Assembly: GCF_964204645.1 (NCBI RefSeq)
Contig: NC_134029.1
Coordinates: 4,712,001 to 4,776,000 of the forward strand
From: Tubulanus polymorphus
Lineage: Eukaryota; Animalia; Nemertea
DNA length: 64,000 bases
Reading direction: 5' to 3'
Below are positions 53,701 through 61,757 of this stretch, piece by piece. The translations under genes and the position numbers were made by a program. The notes beneath the pieces were generated by a model. It searched no databases. It was given only the letters and a program-made list of their open reading frames with translations, and was not told where the DNA came from. Within the stretch, counting starts at the first letter, position 1; each line of letters begins with the position of its first letter.

Positions 53701-56700
53701 CAATGATATTAAATTCACGTGCAATTTACCACTTATCAAAATATGTTGAATACAATAAAAAAATTGAAATTCTTAAAATTCATTTACTTTAAGCTGTCAA
53801 AATCAAGCTCTGTTTAAAAATTGTTATGCAAAACCATGCTTCTACTGATTTGAGCATTATGTTCTATAAATATTCTGAAAATAAAACTCTCAATTCTATA
53901 AACAAAGCACGTCGTTAGTAACAAGCATGGACCATCGCTCGATCACAGCCTAGTAGGTTCTGATTTTAAACGGGAATTTTGAAAATGTTCCATCTGAATT
54001 GCAGATAAATGGTGAAAACCTACTGACGATTGCGTACAACGTTCCCGAGAATTACGAAACCGTTCACGACAAGGACAAGAACGAGATATTGAAGGTCATA
54101 TACAACGACGCCGGGCAGCCGACGGCGTTCGTGCCGTCGACCCACTTCAAACCTGTAAATCTATCGTACAGCCATCACGGCGCGATCACCGGCTGGAAAC
54201 GCGGAGAGTTGATGGAGATGTACCTCTACGACGAACGAAGTCGTCTGAAACAACGACAAATAGGCGCCAACGCGATCTACCGGTACATCTACAGAGGACA
54301 AAATAAGGTAACTTGTAATCAAAATATGCGACTTGCTGCTTTTTGTCGAGTCGCATTCTTCATCGTGGACCGTGAAGTAACTCGTACCAATAGAGTAGAC
54401 TGCTGGTTCGGTTTTGGATTGCTAGAGAACAAACTGCGTCTTTCCCAATTCCTTTTACATATCATCTTTTATAGGATTATAGGAAGCCAACCGAACTAAT
54501 GGGTCCTTAATTCATTTCATTTATCTCAAAATTCTCGTTTGTTATATTTTCAGCCTTCTGATGTGATACTCCCGAGCGGCAAACAATACCTGCTCCTGTA
54601 CGACAACCGAGGCAGTTTAACGCAAGTGATCACTCCCGGATTGGGCCGACACAACTTCCGAACTCTATCGACGATGGGCTACCATCGATACATCTACACA
54701 CCTCCGAAATTGAGCAGTCATTTCATCAACGATTACAACGGCCACGGCAAACTGATCAACGTATTCTACCCGAGTCAAATGCGCCGCGTTCTGTATCGCT
54801 ACGACGACCAATCGCGTCTCTATAAAGTGATATTCGACCAGTCGGATGTCGTGCACAACTACGATAACGCCGGCAATATGGCGCACATAAATCTCACCAA
54901 CCGGCAACAGCAGTACAACTCCCAGGTCGAATACAAACCGATGTCCTCGCTGGTGAAAGAGCAGATCGTCAAGTTGGAGCAGGCGAACAGTAAATTCTTA
55001 TCGGGACGATTTATTTACCAGTACGATCGTAACTTCCGCGTGATTTCACTCGAGAGTCAAATCGGTACGCACCATTTCCGGCCGGTGAACAGCACGTACA
55101 GCAATAACAACGGTCGCTTGGAAAAGATCAAATCTTTCAATTTCAACTACCCGGCCGCCGATAAGCAGATTATCCGCGACATCAATGTGGAGATATCGCG
55201 AGCTTTCGACGCGTACGGACGGCTGGACGATATGAGATACAAGTTCAATAACCGCGTGGTTTACACGCTACAGCTCACCTACGATAAACGCAATCGAATT
55301 CACAAATGGCGTCGACGCATCGGCGACACCGACACGCGCACGTTCGAGTACGAATATGACATCGATAACAACGTCGTAAACGTGAAGATAGACCACGTGT
55401 CGTCGTGGAAATATAGCTACGACGCCAACAGTAATCTGAAGTCTATTACTCAGGGCGGACATACGATGCAAATCGCGTTCAACGCCCGCAATCAGATCGT
55501 CTCGCTCGGACAGACGGGGTATAAATTCGACAAGGACGGTTTCCTGATTCAGCGCGGTAAAGAGAAGTTCGCCTATAACTCGTTGGCGCAGATAACGCAG
55601 GCGAAAAAACCGGGCGAATACGAGATCTGGTATTACTACGACGGACTGGGACGTCTGATCGCCCGTAAAGCCGACGCTACGAACATCATGCAATATTACT
55701 ACGGCGACGTAATGCATCGCGATCGTATAACGCATACGTATAACCACCAGAAGAACGAGATAACGTTGATGTTTTACGATTCGAGCGGCCGGCTGTTCTC
55801 GATGGAACGCGATAACAGTTTCTACTACGTGGCTAAAGATCCGATGGGCTCGACTCTAGTCATTTATAACTCAGTCGGTCAGGCGATGAAGACAGTCACA
55901 TATTCGCCGTTCGGTTTGATTCAGTCCGACACGAAACCGACGTTCGATTTCCCGTTCGGTTTCCAGGGTGGCGTTTACGATCCCGAGACGAATTTGATAT
56001 TCCTCGGACACAGATTGTACGACCCGATGACCGGTAGATGGACGACTCCCGATTATAAGAATCTGTTCGATTTGCCGGAGAAAATGACGTTGACTCCGGA
56101 AGTGATGAATTTCTATCAGTTCAGACACCCGATGAATACTCACTGGAAGGAAAGTGATCAGTACTTGAGAGGTAAGTGTCCCTCTCCCTCTCCCTCTCCC
56201 TCTCCCTCTCCCTCTCCCTCTCCCTCTCCCTCTTCCTCTCCTCCCTCTCCCTCTCCCTCTCCCTCTATAACGCATTTTATATTATTTCGATCTTATTTTC
56301 TGCAGATATGGGCAACTGGATGAAATTACTCGGCTACGACTTGGAAAGTTTAGTCCCTTCAGTTTCGTTCAACGGTAAAATCCGCGATCCGGTGATAACG
56401 CAAGGAATCGCCGACTTCTTGCCGAGTATCTCGGCGTTCGAATGCGCGTTCGAACGAGACGTTATCGATTTCACGGCATTGAGCGCCGTTCCGCGCTCGA
56501 AAGTTACCCCGAAAATACACCCGCAAGTTTCAAAAACGTTCGGTCCGTACTCGCCGATATTCGGAGAGGGCGTCGTGCTCTCCTCGGTGGGCACGCAAGT
56601 AATAGTGAATTTCCTCGATAGCGCGAGGGATAAATCGAAGCAGCTGGCTGCCGTTCTGTTAAACAATTCGTACACAGTCGATCTACAGTTCACGATTAAC

Positions 56701-57168
56701 GGTAAAGACGTGCATTACTTCATTAAAGAAGACTTAGAACAGGCGGATGTAGATTTAGACGAACTGGGAATCGTCGATACGGCAGTGACGTTACCGAACG
56801 GGATCAATGTTTCCGTACATCGCGGTCAGGTGCGGCGGCGACGCGACCCGCAGCCGAGATACGTCGATATACGACTTCACGGTAACCACACCGTGTTGAA
56901 TATCCGCTACGGAACGACTCTAGAGAAGGAGCGCCATCGCGTTTTGGTGCACGCCAAAGAACGCGCCGTCGAACACGCGTGGATTCGCGAAAAACACATT
57001 CTCGTTGACGATATGCATAGCGTGCACAAGTGGCGCAAAGTCGAGAAAGAGCAGTTGTTGAGCACTGGCGAAATATCCGGCTACAAGGGCGAGTATATTC
57101 GCGACGTGGACGTTTACCCCGAACTAGCCGACGATCCTCAAAACATCGTCTTTGTACCGGTCAGCTAG
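8516..57168 (+). CDS. TENM: Teneurin (Ten-m/Odz family type II transmembrane adhesion receptor), whole spliced gene, 25 core coding exons, ~2750 aa
   Basis: Exons join with matching phases to 8253 nt. Canonical teneurin architecture: CSWRC + TM, 8 EGF repeats, DGLTDCVDPDCC, FDILVNGGG, GILHKGDG, NHL repeats, YD repeats, YPELADD C-terminus. Confidence 0.97.
12162..12386 (+). CDS. TENM: Teneurin exon 2 (intracellular, Ser/acidic)
   Basis: tctcatttcag acceptor, T|GTAAGT donor, 225 nt, phase 1-1, open frame GLTTDESM...HIGKM. Confidence 0.8.
13570..13629 (+). CDS. TENM: Candidate cassette exon encoding YMPKRRHHHHKHRHHRRKPG
   Basis: ttttccttacctactaattag acceptor, GAG|GTAATT donor, 60 nt, phase 1-1 fitting exons 2 and 3. 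Confidence 0.55.
17025..17240 (+). CDS. TENM: Teneurin exon 3 (polyproline/SH3-binding intracellular region)
   Basis: tctgtttcag acceptor, ACG|GTAACT donor, 216 nt, phase 1-1. Encodes PSIPPPPPDAPPP and YTVHSSSGNMYTP, which resembles the teneurin ICD SGxVYxPP motif. Confidence 0.82.
18093..18190. mobile_element. Truncated hAT-like MITE end (CAGGGTGGCCAC + GGGAA.TTT subterminal repeats)
   Basis: One terminus and three GGGAA(A)TTT motifs. The partner terminus was not seen. Confidence 0.35.
24030..24300 (+). promoter_or_regulatory. Putative internal promoter
   Basis: Two reverse CCAAT boxes (ATTGG near 24036 and 24093), a CG-rich stretch and a (GA)n tract, just upstream of the candidate first exon. 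Confidence 0.35.
24241..24274. repeat. (GA)n microsatellite
   Basis: Directly visible. Confidence 0.9.
24445..24478 (+). CDS. TENM: Candidate alternative first coding exon MSQSSRYKFDP (short-ICD isoform)
   Basis: ACAATGT start and CAG|GTATGA donor in phase 1, matching exon 4. Promoter-like sequence upstream. Confidence 0.5.
24665..24885. mobile_element. MITE with ~30-bp terminal inverted repeats
   Basis: GATACCTTGTTTCTCCGC (24678) and GCGGAGAAACAAGGTATC (24852) are perfectly inverted. Internal GCGGCYGGGTC repeats. Confidence 0.7.
27097..27296. mobile_element. Foldback element with ~85-bp imperfect inverted arms
   Basis: TATATAGAGA...AAAACGAGGAAGATGAA...GAAAAGTTTCC...GATTCAACGTTTCG is mirrored on the right arm. 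Confidence 0.75.
28644..28911 (+). CDS. TENM: Teneurin exon 4 (intracellular, P/Q-rich)
   Basis: tttgtattgcag acceptor, AG|GTTAGT donor, phase 1-2. Confidence 0.85.
29878..30104 (+). CDS. TENM: Teneurin exon 5 with transmembrane helix
   Basis: Phase 2-1. Encodes KKQIKQKCSWRCTGIILLLLLVVMAACLAYLT, the teneurin CSW-TM signature. CAG|GTAAGA donor. Confidence 0.93.
30875..31020. repeat. Second, diverged copy of the 27.1-kb foldback family
   Basis: Shares TAGAGA..CCACGCTA, CCGAAAAGTTTCC..AGCTAAT and CGTTTCGAC.ATAAC..AATAGTCATC with 27097-27205. Confidence 0.65.
31888..32149. mobile_element. Degenerate MITE with CAGGG.GGATC / GAATCTGCCC.TG termini
   Basis: Imperfect terminal inverted repeats. No clear target-site duplication. 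Confidence 0.35.
33065..33139. repeat. 15-bp tandem repeat x5 (GGTAAAAATGCCAGA consensus)
   Basis: Five directly visible units with 0-3 mismatches each. Confidence 0.9.
35917..36114. mobile_element. Inverted pair of tRNA B-box-containing (SINE-like) arms
   Basis: CTTCCTCGGCGTAGATTCGAACCTGGTGGCGTCG and CGACGGTATCATGTTCGAATCCCCGCCAAGGGAAG are imperfect reverse complements. Each contains GTTCGAATC. Confidence 0.5.
36446..36526 (+). CDS. TENM: Teneurin exon 6 (juxtamembrane linker ALSFLDRG...ISK)
   Basis: tttccatttcag acceptor, AAG|GTAAGC donor, 81 nt, phase 1-1. Not in the ORF track. Confidence 0.8.
36813..36835. repeat. (GCT)n microsatellite
   Basis: About 7 units, intronic. Confidence 0.85.
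37347..37609 (+). CDS. TENM: Teneurin exon 7 (linker domain, RYKR furin-type site)
   Basis: Encodes FWRS...VKFNFSV...GVYGRKNLPPTHTQFDF, conserved in teneurins. Phase 1-0. Confidence 0.93.
37989..38115 (+). CDS. TENM: Teneurin exon 8 (TRYINPFKETAFIQFLEEGSWYVSIYNDG...)
   Basis: ttttgcag acceptor, G|GTAAG donor, phase 0-1. FIQ.L..G.W....YNDG motif. Confidence 0.92.
39625..39729 (+). CDS. TENM: Teneurin exon 9 (EGF1)
   Basis: Encodes CPNNCNGKGECIDDKCHCFPGYAGWEC. Phase 1-1. Confidence 0.95.
40356..40550 (+). CDS. TENM: Teneurin exon 10 (EGF2-3)
   Basis: Encodes CPVLCTGNGVYVRGACQC... EGF2 has five Cys with Tyr at the third Cys position, the known teneurin dimerisation feature. Confidence 0.95.
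40870..41088 (+). CDS. TENM: Teneurin exon 11 (EGF4-5)
   Basis: EGF5 CHRNCSDHGQFDKESKKCVC has five Cys with a Phe substitution, typical of teneurins. Phase 1-1. Confidence 0.95.
41572..41754 (+). CDS. TENM: Teneurin exon 12 (EGF6-7)
   Basis: Ends CVCDLGWNGKHCSL. G|GTAAGT donor. Confidence 0.95.
44258..44404 (+). CDS. TENM: Teneurin exon 13 (EGF8)
   Basis: Encodes DGCPNACNNHGTC...CNVAMETQCGDSVDNDL. Phase 1-1. Confidence 0.95.
   Translation: MVVLTRATITVHVNDFKMAGDVAAKVVGRALPATSQWKPNAAIALIMT
44688..44895 (+). CDS. TENM: Teneurin exon 14 (Cys-rich region)
   Basis: Encodes DGLTDCVDPDCC...LLRKQPP...SFFDKMKFLI. Phase 1-2. Confidence 0.96.
45160..45279 (+). CDS. TENM: Teneurin exon 15 (TTR/carboxypeptidase-like domain)
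   Basis: Encodes VIRGRVIAKDGSPLIGVRVS...YGFTLTREQG. Phase 2-2. Confidence 0.95.
45372..45916 (+). CDS. TENM: Teneurin exon 16 (TTR/FN-plug)
   Basis: Encodes FDILVNGGGSVTL...IPESQVLQESI...AYNQKVYG. Phase 2-1. Confidence 0.96.
46069..46209 (+). CDS. TENM: Teneurin exon 17
   Basis: Encodes VGYKYEDC...IGGWNLDIHH. Phase 1-1. Confidence 0.96.
46377..46629 (+). CDS. TENM: Teneurin exon 18 (start of NHL propeller)
   Basis: Encodes GILHKGDG...[25 protein letters not shown]. Phase 1-2. Confidence 0.96.
46734..46969 (+). CDS. TENM: Teneurin exon 19 (NHL)
   Basis: Encodes YKYYMTVSP...AGTGETCVPGERDRCGDG. Phase 2-1. Confidence 0.96.
47094..47251 (+). CDS. TENM: Teneurin exon 20 (NHL)
   Basis: Encodes GIAINKDGIVYFADGSNIR. 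Phase 1-0. Confidence 0.96.
47343..48411 (+). CDS. TENM: Teneurin exon 21 (NHL end, start of YD shell); GC donor
   Basis: Encodes LKWPTALAVNPLD...YIFNRYGQH...YTYDTNGRL. Ends CATG|GCAAGT in phase 1, which the next exon requires. Confidence 0.93.
49811..49840 (+). CDS. TENM: Candidate 30-nt microexon VPEGLTSPIH
   Basis: TACTGAC branch-like site at 49776, tgctctttctccag acceptor, ATG|GTGAGT donor, phase 1-1. Confidence 0.7.
51241..51479 (+). CDS. TENM: Teneurin exon 22 (YD shell); alternative donor at 51585 extends it by 35 aa
   Basis: Encodes GAKAKITYTPDGSLVIEYP...LQWR...FGRVMR, joining INGENLL (vertebrate FGRKLRVNGRNLL). Phase 1-0. Confidence 0.93.
52389..52415 (+). CDS. TENM: Candidate 27-nt microexon VKQPKRVLR
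   Basis: TAG acceptor after TGC-containing U-rich tracts, CGA|GTAAGT donor, phase 0-0. Confidence 0.6.
54005..54307 (+). CDS. TENM: Teneurin exon 23 (YD repeats)
   Basis: Encodes INGENLLTIAY...YLYDERSRL. Phase 0-0. Confidence 0.95.
54554..56171 (+). CDS. TENM: Teneurin exon 24 (YD/RHS shell and RHS-core-like region)
   Basis: Many YD repeats, plus YYVAKDPMGS and FGFQGGVYDPETNL...RLYDPMTGRWTTPD. Phase 0-1. Confidence 0.97.
56180..56266. repeat. (CCCTCT)n hexanucleotide microsatellite in the last intron
   Basis: About 14 units with one interruption. Confidence 0.95.
56306..57168 (+). CDS. TENM: Teneurin terminal exon 25 (linker, ABD, Tox-GHH/TCAP-like region)
   Basis: Encodes DVHYFIK...LNIRYGTTLEKERHRVL...EQLLSTGEISGY...YPELADDPQNIVF, then TAG. 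Confidence 0.97.
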
Positions 57169-60100
57169 TGACCGATCTATTTTCTATAGGTCGAAATATA
57201 TATAGAAAAGGAAATCGCCAAATTTTATCACCTATACATATATAATGATAAAAACAAACTCCATATCCACATAGAAAAAGAGAAACGGAAAAGATCATGA
57301 AAACATTTGTTCATTAAAAATCATCATCACATGAAGTATTTCTGCTGAAAGAAATCTGAATCTTTATCATATTTTTGTGCCATTTTTCTATGAAGTGTAT
57401 ATGCGATTAGTTGAGAGAGAGAGAGAGCTGGCTGTCGTGGAACGGGCTGTATAATATCGATATATTGTTTTATGCATCATTTTGAAAACGAACGAAAAAT
57501 ACGATCGCTGTTTGTAATATTTACCAGAAACAATCTCCGCGAGAGAGATGATAAATGATCACATGTGTATGATATATATCGACGATACATGTGTTTTTGC
57601 TTCTATGCTGTTAAAATTATCGCAATTTCTGTTGACTACCTCGGGTAGAGTGTGTTATGTGTATATTAACAATATGTAAATAGTTAAATAATGCTCGGCC
57701 ATGACAAATATTTTGGCTAGTATATTGCGCGAGATCGGACTTTTTCAAATCGTGAATAAATGTCTTCTCTTACTTTCCTGAAAGTCAAATAGGAATACGA
57801 ATGTTGCGCGAGAACGTTGCGTCATTCTAACTATCGTATTTTGATTATCCTATCATCATCTCTCTTCTTCCATTTCTATCATCGACTAAGAAACGAAAAA
57901 AATCGCTGTAAATAGTACATGTACCGACGTATAGAGTGCGGCACTGATCTCGTCTTTTGTATGGTATTTTCGATGATGCATTTGCAAAAATAAAAATCAT
58001 AGATAATTCGTGAGACGGAATATTATAACGGGCGTATCCTACGATCGAATTCGGTCCATGACACATTCGTATCAAGGCAAGAGGCCCTTTGGCGTTAGCA
58101 TTAGCATTTTAGTCAGCGGTATATATCCCTTCATTAGATTTCCCACCTAGGATTTTCAATGACAATCAGAATCTTTCTGTGCCACTTCAGATTTAAAACC
58201 TAATGATAAATAGTCGACTGTTTCTGAATGTGGAAAGTTTAACCCGAGTTCTATCCATATTTTAGTGCAAAATTGAATATATTTGCTCTTTAAAAAAGAG
58301 AAGTTGATGATAGGAAAAATAACATAGAAAGCATGTATCATACTTAATGTGCTTATCATTCTTCCATTTCTTAGTTTGCAAGTTGAAAACTTGGTTACCA
58401 CTTCGAGATTAGGCTTCGTTGTTCCTCAAAGCCTAAATCAATGTACGAAAATCTATCGAAAACGAACTACTTTTCTACTTATGATGATAATTACTCAGCC
58501 CGCCCTATGAGACATGTAATGGCTTCAGTGTGAAATAAATGCGACATATCTATCTATATGAATATATATATATATTAAAAAAAACTTCAGTGTGCGAGTG
58601 TAAAATTAATGTGTGGTGCTGTATATAAATAGGAAGATCAGATTCTATATAAGGAAATATCCGGCTTTATTTCCCTGTGTAAATATTGTACATAAACCGT
58701 GTAAATCTGGTGCATCCCTGCATATGAAATACTATAACTATTCATAATATATGGTGTTATTTTCGGAATGCGTTGCGTCGTTTCGATAAAACAAAGATTA
58801 TCATTGGATGCATTCATAAATTCCATGTTTTAGCTGTACGGGCGCCCTCTGCGGGATTTTACGGGAACCAATTTCGATATATTTTTTAGTTTTGTATGAT
58901 TTAAAAAGGTAATTGTTTGAGTTGCAATTGATTGATCTAAAGATGTTGTATTCTTGCTAGTCTTGACTGTCTCTCTGGGTTAGGGAATGTGCAGTATAGG
59001 GGGGGGGGGGGGGGTGGTTAAGTGTAAGTGCTATTCCTATGTTCTCTTGTAAACATTTTACTTTTATTTTTGTGCAGGTCACAAAAAACTACACTTCACG
59101 TCTATATTGTATAGTCGGAACGGCAATCGTATATAATATATACATTATATTAGAGTGGCATTAGGATGATACTTTGATCTCGAGCCAAATCCAGTTCAAA
59201 AATGATTAGAAATGAACCAATTTCGTAAAACCGACCGTTGATTACGCCAGCTGGCCGGATAGCTCGATTTACTAGTAGCCCATTGTTGACCACGGAATTC
59301 AAATTAAGTAAAAAATGAACCCTGAAACAAAAGCTGTTTACTATCTAATAGTACACCGCGGACCCGAAACAAAATTATTTCGATGTTGACGTTTTCGAAC
59401 GAAGAGAATTTCACCGATCTAATGAAATGAAGACAATTTTCATCGCTAGAATTACCTACTACAACATTCAGTATATTCTCCATAATTTGACCTATTTTGT
59501 TGTTTGACCTATCATGAAATTTATTTGAATTGATTTGTGTGGTGATAAGTATGATTATTTTTATTGTGCCAAATTCATCTATTGTGGTTCAAGATATATT
59601 GTGTTTGTGTCAGAGTGTACATTCGTCGCACGCGTTCGCGCGTATTGCAGAAAAAAACATTTAGATGTACGAATGTTTTGCATTTTTTGTTGCAAAGAAA
59701 ACTTTTTATGGACAATCACCGGTTTTTGAAACGATGAAAACGTGTTATTTGTATCTGTAAGAAAGGTTTCGTATTTTCAAGTCTTTAGTTCCGTGTCTAT
59801 CTACACGTTCTCTGTGGACAAATTTGTGATTTATATTCAAAATTGGTTTCGGAGAAACTTTTTTCAAAAAAAAAAATGGAGTTCGTCTACATCCAAAAGT
59901 CTTAAGACTATCGAAGAAGGGACCTGGCCTTTAGATCTTTTGATAGATAGACTAACGCTTGAAATCTGAGATTTAACTACTTACTTTGTGTTACTTCGTT
60001 CGGAATTTTTAAGTCCATGGTTCAATGAACCTCAATCTAATTACTCTACATCCTATATTTTTAAGTTTTCCTTTTTCTCATTTCGTGTACAAGATGTCTG

Positions 60101-60451
60101 TTAATAAAATCTTGGACTGAGTTGCCGATTAATGCAAAATGACCTGGTGATTCCTTTCTGAGCTACAGGGATGAGTGAACTCCACTAATTCCATAACCAT
60201 GACATGCAAACTTAATACATATGTATATGTATATCCATATATTGCGGTGTAATTAAATGATACAAAAAAAGAATCATTTACAGAATATTGCTGCGTGAAC
60301 TGCGGAACGAACCATCGTACAGAAAACTGCGGTGGTAAAATGGAAACAAAACCTGAAATGAAATTGATGAATTGCAGTTTTATAGGAAATGACTATTCAA
60401 CGATATGTGTATGTTAATCTTGTAAAAATTTAAAAAAGATACCTATGTACG

Positions 60452-60490
60452 AATAAAACCATGAAGAAGAATAAAGTTTTATCAAATAAA
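60452..60490 (+). terminator. Cluster of three AATAAA polyadenylation signals, likely distal end of the teneurin 3' UTR
   Basis: AATAAA at 60452, 60470 and 60485 after ~3.3 kb of AT-rich sequence with no credible ORF. More proximal AATAAA sites also exist (e.g. ~57755, ~60103). Confidence 0.45.
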
Positions 60491-60931
60491 AAAGCAAATG
60501 TATTCATTCTATCGATACACCAGATTCGAAGCTGGGATAGCCCCACCATTCATCTTCTTGGAAACATATATTACACACGGAAAATTCACTAGACCGGATT
60601 CGAACCTGCATTATCCCAGATAGTTGTACGCCTATCAATGTCAGTATCAATAGACCGAGTTCAAACATTCGATGTTACTCACAGAGGCAAGATCGAAAAA
60701 GCCCGCGGTACGTTCACAGACGACCATCAAACAAATACGTGTAATTAAACAAATTATATCCTTGCGCGTTAAGATCTGTTTTACGCAGTAAGAATTGTTT
60801 TGTACGATTTTTCACAGTAATCCGCATCAATATCATAGTCTTAACCTCCTCCATTTAATGATGGTTTTGCATTGCTTTCAAGCGTCTCAATTGTAGCCAT
60901 ATGATTTTAAGTTGACAATCTAAACAAACGT

Positions 60932-61669
60932 CTATACACCGGTTACTGTAAATACAGTATTCCCTGTGATTACTGGGTCGGGCACAGGACTCTCTCTGAC
61001 GACTGGAGCGGGTACAGTGTTTATATTATAAATTCCCAGTAAACTCAGTTTATTACTGTTATCGTAGTGACGGATAGCTACAGTATTACTGTCACACACC
61101 CGATGTATCTCATGTATCGGACTATCTGTTGAGTTCATTTCTACACGCGGGTGATCTATAAACCCCTGATCGTTATATCTGATACTAAACACGGCTCCAC
61201 TGTAACCAGCACCAGAGTTTACCGATAGTAATAAATGTTTATCATTAATAACTGACGGGCATCCCGCGCATGGATTAAATGATAGTCCGCAATCATTCAT
61301 ATTGATAAAACTAATCAGTTTCGCTTCAGCTGTTAGAAAGAGTAGTCTATGTGTATGGCTACAGTAGACGAACATCCGTCCACGCGAGTTGACATCTAAA
61401 CAGTTCATATAACGGTACTCTCCATCCGGGAGCTGATATATCTTCACTTGGTTTCTATCGGTCAAACTTTTTTCAGGGTTCGCCAGTAAACGTAGAACAT
61501 AAACGTGTCTATGCAACTGTATGTAGATATTGTGATCATGGATTACCAGGGTTACACATATAATCGGGATGCGTAACCCTGGTAATAATCCATGATCACA
61601 ATATCTACATACAAGGTCGAAATCAGTAATAACTCCTTTTAACAGTTTTTTCCGATCTTTATATTTTTT
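60932..61669 (-). CDS. NHL/beta-propeller-like ORF (TRIM-NHL C-terminal-like), gene fragment or pseudogene
   Basis: The frame stays open upstream of the listed start, to 61669. MNCLDVNSRGRMFVYCSHTHRLLFLTAEAKLISFI resembles an NHL repeat. No clear start codon or exon structure. Confidence 0.4.
   Translation of the reverse strand, partial: KKYKDRKKLLKGVITDFDLVCRYCDHGLLPGLRIPIICVTLVIHDHNIYIQLHRHVYVLRLLANPEKSLTDRNQVKIYQLPDGEYRYMNCLDVNSRGRMFVYCSHTHRLLFLTAEAKLISFINMNDCGLSFNPCAGCPSVINDKHLLLSVNSGAGYSGAVFSIRYNDQGFIDHPRVEMNSTDSPIHEIHRVCDSNTVAIRHYDNSNKLSLLGIYNINTVPAPVVRESPVPDPVITGNTVFTVTGV
61518..61613. repeat. Near-perfect inverted repeat (~38-bp arms, 17-nt spacer)
   Basis: TGTATGTAGATATTGTGATCATGGATTACCAGGGTTAC is mirrored at 61573-61613 with one 3-nt insertion. 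Confidence 0.9.
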
Positions 61670-61757
61670 TTAGGATGTATTTTCTGTTTTTCCACGCGAG
61701 AACAAACAGCTTTCCGTTCAGTAGCGAGTCCAAGTACACGACAACCATTACAACACT

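Noticed and set aside
55268-55747. Antisense ORFs over teneurin exons (also 47382-47672, 54665-54907, 56334-56693)
   Set aside because: These are shadow frames expected from the codon bias of the sense gene.
55871-56275. Minus-strand RG-repeat protein ORF
   Set aside because: It is the translation of the (CCCTCT)n microsatellite, antisense to teneurin exon 24.
54539-57168. Bacterial RHS/YD polymorphic toxin or recent horizontal transfer
   Set aside because: The YD repeats are spliced in frame to EGF, TM and intracellular exons of an ordinary animal teneurin. No immunity gene or operon structure is present.
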